Source: Felis catus
Lineage: Eukaryota
NCBI RefSeq assembly: GCF_018350175.1
Contig: NC_058368.1
Span: forward strand, 45,138,001 to 45,202,000
Reading direction: 5' to 3'
DNA length: 64,000 bases
Shown: in pieces, positions 25,311 to 39,379 of the stretch
How the letters are laid out: each line of letters begins with the position of its first letter
How positions within the stretch are numbered: position 1 is the stretch's first letter
Made by a program: the position numbers and the translations under genes
Notes under the pieces: generated by a model
The model's database searches: none
Told to the model about the DNA's origin: nothing
Seen by the model: the letters and a program-made list of their open reading frames with translations, nothing else

Positions 25311-25651
25311 AACATTTTTATGTTTTAATGGAATATAAATTGTAAAGCCACTGATAGGAAATATATTCTAAGGTACAAAATTCTTTTGTTCATTCTCAAC
25401 AATAGTGAATAACTTTGTTTTTTAGCATTGTATCAGAAAAAATAAATATATTCAAACAATTTCTGATGGTCCTATTGTGACAAAACAAAAATTATGATGT
25501 TATCTCAAGTTTCTGCATAAATAAATAAATTCATACATTCATCCTAATCTTAATAATATAACATATAGAAAAAAATCCAAATACCACCAGTTGTGGTTTT
25601 ATGTGTAGATTTTAGGCACAGAAATGCAATCTATATTTTCTCTTCCACCAG

Positions 25652-25740
25652 GTACTTTGTACGATCGATGGCTGCATGTGGGTGTGATGAAAGTTGTTTC
25701 TGTGGTCTCTCACAAGGAGGGGATATACTCCAAAAACAAG
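25652..25740 (+). other. Candidate 89-nt internal exon (unknown gene or lncRNA)
   Basis: TATTTTCTCTTCCACCAG|G acceptor and AAG|GTAAGA donor; GC-richer than flanks; two of three frames open. Confidence 0.55.
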
Positions 25741-26469
25741 GTAAGAGTCCACAATCTACATAGAACATTCTGTCCTAATATTTTGTAACCATACCTCATA
25801 TCTGGTAAGGTTACAGCATTCATCACCATGCTTGTGCATTTAAGAATAAACTAATATAAGGTGAAATACCTATTCCAGAGAGATCAGTACGTGACAAGAA
25901 TGCATTAGAAAGGAGGTGGAGTTCTAGAAGCATTTCCATTACAATCTGTGCAACATGAATATTCATTACATCATATACTTTACAAGCCATTGACTTTATA
26001 AGGTTGCAGTAATAATGAGGTTATATAGGACTGTTGCTACAGCTGATATTAAAAGATTAGATATTGGAAACTTGCCCCTGCCATTTTGCTTCTCGATATA
26101 AATAATTATTAGGATGCTAGTGCTTCACAGATGACCTCTGAGAACATTTTATTAAGTCTCAATGATTTTAACTTGGCTATATGTATTATTTGCATCGTAA
26201 GCTGCTGCCTAGTCACAAGTGGTTTCAAAGTGAGCCATACATTTTACTCACCCAAATTTCACAATTTGTAATTCGGGTATGTAGTATGCATTATACTATT
26301 CACTCTGGATGCAAAAACATGAACGAGATGGACATAACTACTTTTTCATAACATTCACAGTTTGGTAAAGCAGATAAGAGAGTTAAAAAAAATAGTTCAG
26401 TGTACCAAATTCTATGTTGTGGGAATTACATGATTAACTGAAAGCAGGGAATACAGAAAATAGGCTATA

Positions 26470-26640
26470 ATAGAGTTACTAAATATAGCATACTGCCAGT
26501 TGCCCCTCAGGCATCCTGTGCAGGCATTGTTAATTGATCACAGTATTCTGCCAAGATCACAGTCATGACCTTGTCACTTTTGGCACTGTAAGCCATGTAG
26601 TATCTGTCAATCAAAAGGAGTCTGCCAGCAAGTAAGGCTC
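26470..26640 (+). mobile_element. MER102-like hAT relic
   Basis: GCAGGCATTGTTAATTGATCACAGTATTCT resembles the recalled MER102 consensus. Confidence 0.5.
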
Positions 26641-26809
26641 CTCACACTCTGGTCAAATGCTATCACCCAAAGTCCAGAAACAATATTATGTTTTGCCGAA
26701 AAACAAAAAAAAAAGGCAATTCTTCCCTTTGTCTTTCAGGCAAATAAGTGTGCCCCTCAGCAATTTGCCTCCAACTTGCAAGCATACTACTTTTAACTGG
26801 CAGAGACTA

Positions 26810-26970
26810 CTATTACATTATAACTGCAAGTTAATCTTTGCAACCTCAGCGATCTTTGTCTGTGATATGGGGATAAACATAGCATCCACCTGACAGGGTT
26901 GCTGTGAGGAATAATGTAAATAAAGTATGTATTAAAAGCCGAAAGTCTGGCTCATAGTAAGTGCATTCTA
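26810..26970 (+). mobile_element. MIR fragment
   Basis: GCAAGTTAATCTTTGCAACCTCAG...CACCTGACAGGGTTGCTGTGAGGAT. Confidence 0.75.
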
Positions 26971-27079
26971 TCAGATGCACTTTTTAAAAAATATAACTCA
27001 TTTAACTTAATATACATATAGTTGGATAGATACAGAAATAATGTAGCTATAGAAATATAAATGTGTTAGTAGATAACAA

Positions 27080-27290
27080 TATTACCTAGCTGTGTCCTCT
27101 GGGAGGCCTAGAAGCAATGACACCTCAAGTGCCTTGAGCACACTAAGTGGCCAGACTTCGTTTCTAAATATAATTTTCTGATAAAAGGAATGAGAGTATT
27201 ACGGAAATGGCTAATTGTCAGCCTTAAGCATGAAAAATGCAAGGTGAGCCTGGAATATCTTTTAGTGCCAGAAAGTAAGTTCTAGGTGTT
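27080..27290 (+). mobile_element. L1MC/MD-type 3' UTR fragment
   Basis: GAGGCCTAGAAGCAATGACACC...GGTGAGCCTGGAATATCTTTTAGTGCCAGAAAGTAAG. Confidence 0.75.
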
Positions 27291-28725
27291 CAGAAAAAAA
27301 AATAAATCCCACTTTAGGTATAGAATTTTAGAGCAAGAGAAAGTAAGATGGGCCACTATGTGCACAGAAGCAGAAAATTATTAATGAATAGCCAAAATAA
27401 CAGAATGCAAAAAATGACTAGATACAACAAACATATTTCCCTGAATAATGAGCATTACATAAGGTAAAACTAGAAAATGATACTGAAAAAAAGTGCTTTC
27501 TCTTCCTCCTATTACTACTATTATTTTAAATTAGATGTGTGTTATTTCTTTAGAATATGCAATATGATTTGTGACTATAATTTTATACAAAACTTGCAAA
27601 AATCTTTAATAAAATGCTTAACTATTTATTTTAGAAAAACATACACAAGAATGAATAGATAAATTGGGCACAGACATATAATTTGTAAAAATTTTAGGTG
27701 CGAATCAGGCTCAAGTCTTCAGCCTCATGATTTCCATCAACAGAAAACTTGATAAAGTGAGGGTCTGAATAAGATCTGAACACCAGATTTCTTCATTTTG
27801 ATTTTATTCTGTGAAAAGTAAGAATCCATTGTTTTAGAGCTATTTGTCTAGATTGTATGGATATATTTGGAGCGAAATATGAACTATGGAGTTAAAAGTC
27901 ATTCAGTAGGCAATTCAAGCTCTTCTGAATTCATTAAAGAGAGTCTCAACAGTAAACTCTAAACCAGAATAGTTTGGAGAAAAGAAAAGGGAGAGGTGTT
28001 AGAATATTGGATATAATTAATTATCAGGAAAGAATTTTGATTGAAAGAAAGGATCAAGGGTGGTACAAAACTTGGATGGCATGGAGAATTGTGACATTAA
28101 CAGAAATAGATCTGTCAAGAGGAGGAAATGTCTTACAGATATCTAGCCATATTTTTGGAGGTTTTCATGAGAACAGCAGATGGTTCTCGTAGTCACAATT
28201 ATTTTCTATAGGGCGTATTAGTACATGTTGGGGATGAGTCTAGATACAGAAAGCCACTTAAACAAAATTCCTAATAGACCATGATGAACCTAATTTTAGA
28301 AAGTTAAATATATTTGGCAAAGCAGCAGTTGCATGGTAAACTACGGTAAACAAATAAATAAAAGGCAGACTAGACAGAAAGGAGTGCATTGAGGATACAC
28401 CAAAGCAAAATCTCAGACATGAAGTATCATTGTGGACACTTGGGCACTGGGTTTTTAAGAAATGGACCACCTGCTGTGCTGCAGAGGAAGATGCCATTAC
28501 TGGTGCTTTCTTCCTCACCCTCAAATCCAATTCCATCCATTTCCAGGTTATTGTTTCACCAAAATAAGGTTGACATCTCAGCAAAAGATAGCCTAGCTAG
28601 ACACTTCTGTATTACTTTTATTATATGATTAGCACTGAGAAACAAGTGCACAGATATGGAGTTTTTAAAATATTTAAAATGACCTGAAAATACATTTTCA
28701 AGCACTTTTTAAAAATATCAAACTT

Positions 28726-28940
28726 GGGGCGCCTGGGTGGCTCATTCGGTTAAGCATCTGACTTTGGCTCAGCTCATGATCTCATGGTCCGTGAGTTCAA
28801 GCCCCACGTCGGGCACTGTGCTAACTGCTCAGAGCCTGGAGCCTGCTTTGGATTCTGTGTCTCCTTTTTCTGATCCTTCCCCAGTCAGGCTCTGTCTCTC
28901 TCTGTTTCAAAAATAAATCAACACTAAAAAAAATTTTTTT
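28726..28940 (+). mobile_element. Can-SINE
   Basis: TSD AAATATCAAACTT. Confidence 0.96.
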
Positions 28941-30123
28941 AAATATCAAACTTATATTAGAATTATTTCTGTAGCATGAAATAGATTCTTCCACTTGCTT
29001 ACCCAGGAAATAGTGAACATATATGAATTTTTTATTGATGACTCAGTGTGATCAACATATTATTGTCCTAATAAATATGGCGAGATGTAACTCCTACCTC
29101 CTTCATCAATGTCACCATGTCAACTATAAATGGTTCCTTACCCTGCTGTCAGTGGGTTTGCTCCAAAATCCCCCCCACATTCTAATTTATTATTTGTTTT
29201 TCCTCTATGAAAATGGAAGACAATAGTGACAAAACCATGACTTTCAATATTTAACAGAATGAGGGAGTTAGAAGTAAGTTGCAAGAGTCTATTTTATTGT
29301 GCAGTTTGTTGTTTTATGGTCAGAAGACAAAACCTTATGTATGCAATGAAAAAATTTCTCCAAGGAGATCGAGCTTAAAACTGATACATCTTCAAAATCA
29401 AATCCCCCCCCCCCCCCGAATTTAGATTAAGCAGCCTTAAAGATCAAACATGAAGTAAATAAAACATGTTTTCGTTTATGGACTTAATCTTCCTCCTAGT
29501 ATTCATTACATATTCTTAGACATAGAGATAGATATAGAAAGAACCTACTTTGAATTCCACTTTGAACCTGAGAGTTAATCTTTAATCTAATACATATCTT
29601 AGTTGTTTTAAAACAGAGTGCATTTGTTATGCAGAATTATTAATCAAGTTAGGAGACATGCTAATCTTTGTTTTAATCATCTACATTCTAACAAAGTGAG
29701 CCATTTTTAACACAAAATGATACCCTTATCTATCTAGTGGCCGCTTATTAAAGATACAGGCAGGAGAAAACATCTAGCAGCCTCTAGAGCTCTGATATTA
29801 CACACCCACATCTACTAATAGAAAACTCAATTGTAACAACAAATTGTATCATTATTATTGATGAGTCTGAATTTATCTTTAAACATAAGAAGAAGCTAGG
29901 CATTGGGATTCAGTTATATGTAGGAAACAATGTACCTACTATGAAAATAGTATTTATACAATATCGTGTAACAAAAATGCACTAAGCAAAGTTCCTCACA
30001 CAAAACAGGAGAGACTATTAATGCACAACTAACTAAAATGTGACACGAATGTGATACATGCCAAGAGAGAAGCACAAATCAAGTGCCATCAGTGTTGAAG
30101 GACAGAGAAATTCTATGCTAGAG

Positions 30124-30610
30124 CAGCTATTCCCAGCCGGGGGCAACTTTATACACAAACACCCTTCCTACATAATGAACATCTAGCAATATCTGAAGAG
30201 ATTTTTGGTTTCCACAACCATGGGGGAGAGGGGAGTGCTAGGGCATAAAGAGGGTAGTAGACAGGGATGCTGGGAAGTATCCTCAATACTCAAGACAGCA
30301 TTCTGACAACAAAGAATTACTTGGCTCAAAATAAAAAATAGTTCCAGGTGTACCTGGGGGGCTCAGTCGGTTAAGCATCTGACTTAGGCTCAGGCCATGA
30401 TATCACAGTTTGTGGGGTTTGAGTCCCACATCAGGCTCTGTCCTGACAGCTCAGAACCTGGAGCCTGCTTCAGATTCTGTGTCTCCCTCTCTCTTGGTCC
30501 CTCCCCTGCTTGCGCTCTCTCTCTCTCTTTCCCTCTCAGAAATAAATAAGCATTAAGAAAAAATTTTAAAAATAGCAATAATAAATATTTCCAAGGTGGA
30601 AAAACCTTGT
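30124..30610 (+). mobile_element. MER20 hAT-Charlie relic, split by a SINE
   Basis: CAGCTATTCCCAGCCGGGGGCAACTTT...ACAACAAAGAATTACTTGGCTCAAAAT...AAGGTGGAAAAACCTTG. Confidence 0.8.
30347..30583 (+). mobile_element. Can-SINE
   Basis: Head and tail; degenerate TSD AAATA(G/T)TTCCA. Confidence 0.94.
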
Positions 30611-31436
30611 TGCAGGAATTCTGAAAAGCTTCCTCAAAGAGGCCACATGTTAGTTTTCCACTGAAAAACATGAAGGGTTTCAAAAGGCAGAATTGGGGTG
30701 GAAATATAATGAAACTGAGTAGGCAAGGTGGGCAAAATCCATTTCTTTTAAATAAAGGTCATATTCGAGAAATGAAGAATAAGAATTTCGTTAATGGCTG
30801 GAACGCAATGCACATCCCAGATAAGAGAGGAGTTTGAAAAATTGAGTTGAGGAACATGCCAAGACTTTGCATGTATGTATTACATATTGGTGCATAAAAC
30901 AATGTGTTTCATTTTGTAACAACCTGGATGCTACTGTAATTCTATCTTGCAATGAGCTCTTGTTCTTATTATTTTGTTTGGTTTTGTTTTACTTAGCTGG
31001 TATTTCCATGTTAGTCTGCCAGTTTTTCTCCCAATGAGTGATTTTATTTCACAGTATAAATGGATCAGAATGTACACAACCAGTCCACCACCAATGGGAA
31101 CTCAGACTGCTTTACAGTGTTTCTACAAACAATAGTGCAGTTAATATATCTGTACATATTTGCAAATGTTTTCCAGTGAAATATTTTCTAAAGTGCTTTA
31201 GTAGAATTGAAGTTTTTTTATGAAAAAATCTTTTAAACACAGATGTTTTTGCAAAGCTGTAGCAGGGCATTACAGGGACTATAAATAGGGAAGAAACAGT
31301 AGGAATGCAAATAAGTAGGCCTGTTCAATAATTATTGTAGAGGTTGATATGATACATTTGATGTTAATTAGAGAAGTGTGAAATTTGAAGAAGAATCCAA
31401 ATTCTCTATGATGAGTGCTTGAGGTTGATGCAGTAG

Positions 31437-32013
31437 TGTGATGGTTAATTTTAAGTGTCAGCTTGACTGGGCCACGGGGTGTTCAGACATTTCATCAAAC
31501 ATTATTCTGGGTGTGTCTGTGGGAATGTTTCCATATGCAAATAAGATATGAATGGATAGACTGAGTAAAGCAAATGTGGGTGGTCCTCATCCTATCGGTT
31601 GAAGACCTGAGTAAAATAAAAAGGCTGTGAGCAAAAGGGAATGTGTCCTCTGCCTTCTGTCTGGGACATTGTTTCTTCCTGTCTCGGGACTTGAACTGAA
31701 ACAGTACTACCTGAGTTTCAAGCCAGTTGGCCTTTAGACTAGAACTACACTGTGGACTTTCTTGTTCTTTGACTGGAACTACACCATCAGCTCTCTTGGA
31801 TCTCTACTTTGTCAGCAGATCTTGGAACTATTCGACCGGTATAATCACGTGAGATAATTACTTATTATCAATCTTTTCAAATATGTATACATACATACAC
31901 ATATATAATTAATATTAACAATAAAATTTACTATTGACTGTGTTAATATTACCATATCATAATTTATATTTATGCTATTGGTTCTATTTCTCTGGCGAAC
32001 CCTAACTAATGCA
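31437..32013 (+). mobile_element. MLT2-type ERVL solo LTR, complete
   Basis: Starts TGTGATGGTTAATTTT, ends GAACCCTAACTAATGCA; 5-bp TSD AGTAG at 31432-31436 and 32014-32018. Confidence 0.93.
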
Positions 32014-32096
32014 AGTAGACATTGTGGTGATTGATTCTTAACATATTGCTTTTGCCTTGTTTTATTTGATGCTGCTTGTTTTGAAAATGAATTTGG

Positions 32097-32285
32097 GGGG
32101 TGCCTGGGTCGCTCAGACGGTGAGCATCCAACTCTTGATTTTGGTTCAGGCCAGGATCCCAGTGTTGAGCCCAGGCTCCACGCTGGGCATGGAATCTGCT
32201 TAAGATTCTCTCTCCTCCCTCTGCCCCTCTCCTACTCACTCACTCTTTCTCTCTCTCTCAAAAAAAAAAAAAAAAAAAAAAAAAA
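32097..32285 (+). mobile_element. Can-SINE with poly-A
   Basis: GGGGTGCCTGGGTCGCTCAG head, (CT)n, long A run. Confidence 0.93.
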
Positions 32286-33725
32286 GTGTTTGGACACTGA
32301 CTGAATTCATGTGCTTAAAAGCCAGCTTATTTTTTCTTTATTATTACCATAGCACATATAGCTAACAGTTGACTTATTAATGACATTGATTTATTAATGG
32401 CCCTGGGAAAATGGTAGTTGCCATCTTTACCCTGCTGTTGAATCCTCTTGAGAAGTAATAAATCTTTATTTTCTGGTGAATTCTCAACTCCTGTCGTCCC
32501 TGTTGGTGCTACCCTCTGTTCTTTCCATGGACTGTATGGTCATCAGCGCTAGAGTTGCTGGCATCACCATTCTACTTCTACCGATTTGTCCTGTTTGTAA
32601 ATATTTTTCTCTGTATGTTATTAAACTATGCAGAACCTGAATTCTTTTTGTAGAGATAGAATTTATTGTTTTATTTATAGTAAAATTCATGTTTACTGAT
32701 TCACAACCAGAAAATCTATATTCTCACAAGAGATATCAAATATTTGTTGAAAGGACAAATATCAATGAGACTACCACCAATGATTTTTGGCTATTAAAAT
32801 ACTGGTATTACCACAGAAATTTTGAGAGAAATTAATAGGCTTCTAATTTTATCTCTAACAATTATAATAATGCTTGGAAAATGTATATATTTATTTACAT
32901 GGTTTATGGATTTAAGACCAAGTTTCTAAAATCCAAAAGGCAGGTATGAGTTGAGCAAGGATAGATGTTTCTATGTAATGGAAGCCTTGTTCCTTTGTGT
33001 CTGGTGTTCCTGTTACTGTGGATACATTCATGAGAGATGTTAGACTCTAGCGCCCTTGACTCAAGTACCAAAGGCATCCATTTGGTCTGTTAAGGAGAGA
33101 CCAGTGTTCATTCCTTTGTGTGATTCAATCTCATCTCTACATGAACCCTTAAATATCAAAAATCTCTTTGATATAAGAAAAATCAGAGTATCAACTATGC
33201 CCATAATCTTCTACCTTTTTTCTTGGAATGACACTTAAACTCTATAAAACTCAGTTTCTTCATTTAAAACATGTATAGGTATACAAAATAGGTATATCAA
33301 AACAATATATAGGTAAAGCACTTGGAAAACACTGTTAGTTATAGTTATTGGTACAGTTTCAATAAAATGTTAATGTATAACACTTAAGTTATATAAATGC
33401 TTTAACAACATTTCATGGCAAGTTAGGATCTAGGTTTTATTTATTGTTTTTAGTAACAACATACATACCATTCTGATCCACAACCTTAGAAGTGTATATG
33501 TGGCCTACATCTTGTTCATTGGGAATATCACTTTTATGGATCTTACATGAGACTTCTTTTCTGTACTTTGCAAAGTAATTGACAACCATACTCTTCTTAC
33601 TATCAGCATATATTCAGCAGATAGTAGTGAATTTATTCCAGAGTATGCATGATATCTTACTCTTTCCTCTCCATGATAAGAGGAATAAAAATTTTAATTT
33701 AATAGCTAGTATTAGAAATATAGTC

Positions 33726-33953
33726 AGAGCACTTGGGTAGCTCAGTTGGTTAAGCCTCCAACTTTAGCTCAGGTCATGATCTCACAGTTCATGAGGTTGA
33801 GCCCTGTGTCAGGCTCTGTGCTGATAGCTCAGAGCCCAGAGTCTGCTTTGTATTCTGTGTCTCCCTCTCTCTCTCTGCCTCTCCCCCCACTCGTGCTCTG
33901 TCTTTGTCTCAAAAATAAAATTAAATGAATAAAATTTTAAAAAGAAAAAAATT
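33726..33953 (+). mobile_element. Can-SINE
   Basis: TSD AAATATAGTC. Confidence 0.93.
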
Positions 33954-34436
33954 AAATATAGTCTAAAAAGAAAAATAAAAGAAATGTAGTAATATAGTAT
34001 AAGACTGGAGAAGAGAGGATTTTCTCCAACATTGGAAACAAACGTATAACACAGACAGTGCATTCTTGTCTGAACTTCAAGGATCAGGGAATAGACATGT
34101 TATTTAAACATTAAATATAAATAATGAGTTAAAATGGTAACAACTATGTAATAAAAAAGCCAAGCCCCTTAATTAATGTGCTTAATTGTCTACACTGATA
34201 AAAAAGTTTCTCACTTTCTTCAACAAACACCAAATTCATACATGTCTTAGACTAGGATATTGCCATTCCATACATTCAAAATAAATGGGAAGTGAAGAAA
34301 ATAATAGTTGTAGTAAGAAGGTTGATATCAAAGTAAAATTTAAAACATAAACACAAATTAAAATCATCAATATACATAATTCATTTGATATACTAATACC
34401 TATAAATGAAACTTAAGTCATAAACAAAATAAATTC

Positions 34437-34651
34437 TTTTTTTTTTCAAGTTTACTTATTTATTTTGAGAGAGAGAGAAAGAGCTTAAGCAGAGGAGGGG
34501 CAGAGAGAGAGGGAGAAAGAAAATCTCAAACAGCCTCTATGCTATCAGTACCGAGCCCAGTGTGGGGCTTGAATTCATGAACCATGAGATCATGAACTGA
34601 GCTTAAATCAAGAGTTGGATACTCAATCAACTGAGTCACCCAGACATCCCC
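34437..34651 (-). mobile_element. Can-SINE
   Basis: TSD AAAATAAATT. Confidence 0.92.
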
Positions 34652-37630
34652 AAAATAAATTTTTAGGGGGAAAAAAGAAAATTAATCACATTCATAAACA
34701 ACACATTTTATCACTAAATAGTGAAATTATATATGTGTGTGTGTGTGGTGTATGTATAATATATAATACAAATATTATATATGTAATTTAACTTTGAAAT
34801 TTAAAAATTCATTTTCAAATATAAAATATATACAGTATCTCTCTTTCTCTCTCCCTGGAATTAGAGTGTAGTGAAATTTTAGATAACTGTAATACAGACA
34901 GTAGAAACCCAGAAGACAGATATTTCCATTTGAACACAGGTTGATCTATATAACACATAATTTGTGAGAGTTGCTTGATTCTCTTTGCTTGCTTCAGTAC
35001 TCACTCTCTCTTAAACATAGATGGAAAAGTATAAATATCCAACCAGGTTATTTTAACAGTACTTTTTGGTTTTCTCAATCAGGAGGAAAGAGAAGATGAA
35101 TCTGCAGGGCACTTTTGGGAAGCCCTTTGGTGTTTATGATCCCACCAGCCTCCCTCCCTCCTCAGAGTCCCAGGGATGGATGGATGTTCATTGAGCAGAC
35201 AATTGCATGCTCTTTAATTCCTCCTTCAGCTTCTGGAGAACTTTTACTGTTAGTCTCACCTGTAAACTCTGAGACAATTTTTTTCAAATCTATTTCTACT
35301 AACATCACGTAATATAATGAAATGTTGATTTAAAATGCGGATGATCTAGTTTTCTTAAAGAATTTAAAGCATGCCATGGGTAATTTCATTTCAAGTCTCA
35401 CTCCCATCATTAACCTCATTTACACATGATTCAGAGTTCTTGAGAAATTCTCTCTATGGTATAGTACTTTCTTCTCTTTGCCAAGTGGACAACAGCAACA
35501 CTGTTAAGTTTAGTCAACTGCTATGTTTGTTCCACCTGGTATTTACACTTGGCATTGCCCAACACGTAACCAAATATAGAGATGTGTCTTCCCTGCCTAC
35601 AATTGGCTTTCCTGAGCAGAATTACATAGCATCTTTGAAGGTACTTTTAATGTATTAATCCAGTGTTGTCAACAATAAAGTTGATCAAGAAGTGCATAAA
35701 TTACCTTTCATGCCTCTCTTCCCCTTTATGTATACTATCACATGCACCTCCTGGAACAGACCTCTCTTATTCCCGGAGCTTCTGTATTTTTTTTTTCACC
35801 AGCGACCAAAGGTTTAAAAAGGCTACAATAATTAAATTACAGTGTTGAGGATTGGCCACCCAACACACCAAAAAGGAGCATATTATGATTATAGTATTAC
35901 AGATTTCTCAATATAAAACCTGGGGTTGATTTCAATGATCGATATTTGTTGAAAGTCATCTTCCTTTTTTGTTTATCAGTCACTATGACAAATTCTTAAG
36001 AATGCCCTTCCATGACATTTTACTGGATAGACTAGAGGAAAATATTTTAGAACAACAATGTTCTAAAGCACTGTTGCACATTTAGAAATGACTCAGGATT
36101 TTCTTTCCAAGGGCTCTTATAGCCACCTTTGTTGGATGTTTCACAAAGAAGACAGGCAGATCACAGTCTTAAGACTTTTTGTTTGTTTTGTTTTCTTTTT
36201 AGAATTTGCTCACCAGGAGAGCACTTGATAGAAAGTGCAGTTAACACTGGTGGATAGTGATAAAAAGCCTTGGATTCAATGACTTATTGTGGTTCAGAAG
36301 CTCTTTCCATCCTCAAGATATATTCTGTATTCCATTCAAAGATTATAGTTGGAAGTTCATGTGGTGAAATGAATATTTCAAAGGCCTCTATCCTGGCATG
36401 CCAGATGTGATCTTTGAGATTGCTTAAGATAGCTACTTGTAAAAGAAATACAAAAACAAAACAAAACAAAAACAGACAAAAAACGATTTCATTGGCCTAA
36501 TCATATTTACAAATTAGGAATAAACCCCTGAGTTTTGAGCTCCTGTTCTACCTAACGACTGAAGCCAACATATAACATCTTCAGCTTTATTTTCCCCCAC
36601 CTGTCACACTGGAATTATTTTCTTTATACTTTCAGTGATATGATGAAGACTCAGAATAGTGGCAACATGGGAAACATTAATGAGGAGAGAAAAGTGCCAT
36701 GTCTCCGTTCCCATTGCTGTAGTGAAAGCTAATTATGGAGAAGGAAAGTGATAAACATTTGGATTTCAGGCCTAGATAAAGTAGAAATTAATAAGAAGAA
36801 AGAGGAAAAAATTCTTAAAAGAAGTTACTTATGTTTCGATTACCTAAAAGAGTGTTGTCTACCAAGGAGAGGTAGTTGCTGCAAAATGCCCTGGGTTGCA
36901 CTTCATTTCCTTTGGGTGACTCAAGTACTGGGGAGGACTGTGGAAAAGGCCCTAAAATGTCACCAGCATTGATACAAAAAACAACATTTCTTAAAGCCAG
37001 AGACACATTCTTTTGTTGTCCTCCTTTTCTGTTGAAGAGTTCCTTAACCACATACACTCAACATGAATGCTAAGAATAGTCAACAAAACCATTCAAACCA
37101 TAAAAGAAGTTCTGATGACAAATAGAGATCTACTGGAAATGACCTTCTGTTCTTATAAGGTGTTAATTACATATTATCTAAATTATACATATTTTCTAAA
37201 TAATTTATCTAGTTTATAAGTCATTATGGTTCTTAGAACTAGGTTACATTGACTGAATAATTAATTTTAGAAAAATTGATTTTTCAACTTAAATATTGTC
37301 TTTTAAGAATGTAGAATGTATCCAAATTCAAGTAGTGCTGATAAAGTAAATTACTTACAATTTATTGTATTGTTGAATGAGAATTGTAGGTTAAATACCA
37401 AGATAATAAAAGCAGCCACGACAATGAGACACCCAAATTCTCTCTCCTGATTTTGACAGACAATTCTTAGTTTTTAAGTTATAAATTTCTATGGCTCTTA
37501 AGTATAGGCTAAATATCTTACTTTTCTTTGTCTCCTATTGTCATGCACGGGGCTTAGCATATAGTTTCTCACAAGAATGGTGATTTAAAATCAACTAATG
37601 CACCACTCAAGCTAGAAATGGCCATTATAC

Positions 37631-37846
37631 GGGTACCTGGGTACCTGGGTGGCTCTGTTGGTTAAGCATCTGACTTTAGCTCAGGTCATGATCTTGCAGT
37701 CTCTGGGTTCAATTCCCACATCGGGCTCTGTGCTGACAGCTCAGAGCCTGGAACCTGCTTCAGATTCTGTGTCTTCCTCTCTCTCTGCCCCTCCCCTCCC
37801 CTCTCTCTCTCTTTCAAGAAATAAATAAACATTAAAAAAATTTTTT
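37631..37846 (+). mobile_element. Can-SINE with duplicated 5' end (GGGTACCT x2)
   Basis: TSD AAATG(G/A)CCATT. Confidence 0.94.
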
Positions 37847-38379
37847 TAAATGACCATTGCTGGGGGGAAATTTTGGTTAAGGTTAAATGTACAAATAATC
37901 CCTCCATTCTACCCTCATCTATTGCTTTTTGTCATTAATTTGGAAAAAAATAAAAGTGACTAAAAAAGTCTAAAACATGACCTTAGGAGAGATAATGTTA
38001 TGTGCCATGATACATCAATGAGATATATGTGAGATTTTCTTGTTAGATAAGAAAATTAGAGGACAGAGGAAAATAAAGGGTGTACTGGCATGAGGCAACC
38101 AATAAATCACTGTACAGTCTCAACTACTACAAACATTCTATAAGTGGACATATCTCAGAAAGATAATCAAAAGCACCCTTGAAAGATAACAAGAAGGCAA
38201 TACATCATATTTTAGGGAAAGCCTTTTGGCATGCTGTAAGTGTTTCATGAGAGCACATACTGGGATGGCTATTTGCTTATCAGTCTCCTCTCCATGACAC
38301 AGTGCAGTTTTCTTTTGCCATTGTTTTTGTTTGTTGGTTTTGTTTTGTTGGTTTTGTTTGCTTGTTTTGTTTCCTTGCT

Positions 38380-38603
38380 TTTTTATTTTGTTTTTAAATA
38401 ATTTTTTAACGTTTATTTATTGTTGAGAGAGAGACACAGTGTGAGCGGGGGAGGGGCACAGAGAAAGGGAGACAGAATCCGAAGGAGGTTCCAGGCTCAG
38501 AGCTGTCAGCACAGAGCCCAGCGCGGGGATCAAACTCACAAACCCTGAGATCATGACCGGAGCCCAAGTCAGATGTTTAACCAACTGAGCCACCCAGGCA
38601 CCC
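38380..38603 (-). mobile_element. Can-SINE
   Basis: Antisense head and tail. Confidence 0.94.
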
Positions 38604-39005
38604 TTGTTTTGTTTTTTAATGAGTTGGCTCCCTTGTAGTCAATTTATCTGAATAGCTTTCAAGTAAAAGTAGCTTGGAAAATACCCACCTACTAAGAATT
38701 AGTATGTTGCTACACAGTGAAGTCATGATACTTACATTTTGGTATTTAGAAAGTTTATATTTTTAACAAGCTTCCAAGTCATTTCCAATACACCTCAAAG
38801 TATAAAAATCACAGCTCTTAGAGAAACTCCAATTACATTTCCTAACTCTAAACATCTACATGGTAAGAGACAAATATGGAGTAATGTTCCTTTTTACTTT
38901 AATGAGAATTATAGATTCATCATTCATTTCCTAAATGTTCTGAGAATAAAACCCTAGCTCTTTCCTCTTAATGTATACAAATTGTTTAAAATCAGTCTGA
39001 ACTTA

Positions 39006-39251
39006 GGGGTGCCTGGGTGGCTCAGTCAGTTAAGTGTCTGACTTTAGCTCAGGTCACGATCTCACAGTTTGTGAGTTCGAGCCCCATATCAGGCTCTGTG
39101 CCAACAGCTCAGAGCCTGGATCCTGTTTCGGATTCTGTGTCTCCCTCTCTCTCTGCCACTCCTAGCTTGTGCTCTGTGTGTCTCTCTCTCAAAAATAAAT
39201 AAACATTTAATAAAATAAAATAAAATAAAATAAAATAAAATAAAATAAAAT
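39006..39251 (+). mobile_element. Can-SINE with (AAAAT)n tail
   Basis: TSD AAAATCAGTCTGAAC. Confidence 0.96.
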
Positions 39252-39379
39252 AAAATCAGTCTGAACCTGTGCCTGACATTTTCCTTCATCATGCAAGCTT
39301 CTTAAATAAATTATTCTCCATTTATTACTAGTTATTATTTAGTTGGCTTCAAAAACATTGGATTATTCAATCTTGATTA

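Noticed and set aside
29404..29417. C14 homopolymer
   Set aside because: Isolated low-complexity run with no supporting context.
32430..32690. Minus-strand ORF/exon candidate
   Set aside because: The acceptor lacks a pyrimidine tract, the donor is weak, and there is a stop within the candidate exon.
36214..36469. Minus-strand ORF with an apparent acceptor and CTG|GTGAGC donor
   Set aside because: The pyrimidine tract is just a (TTTTG)n repeat, part of the body looks MIR-like, and the peptide is not recognisable.
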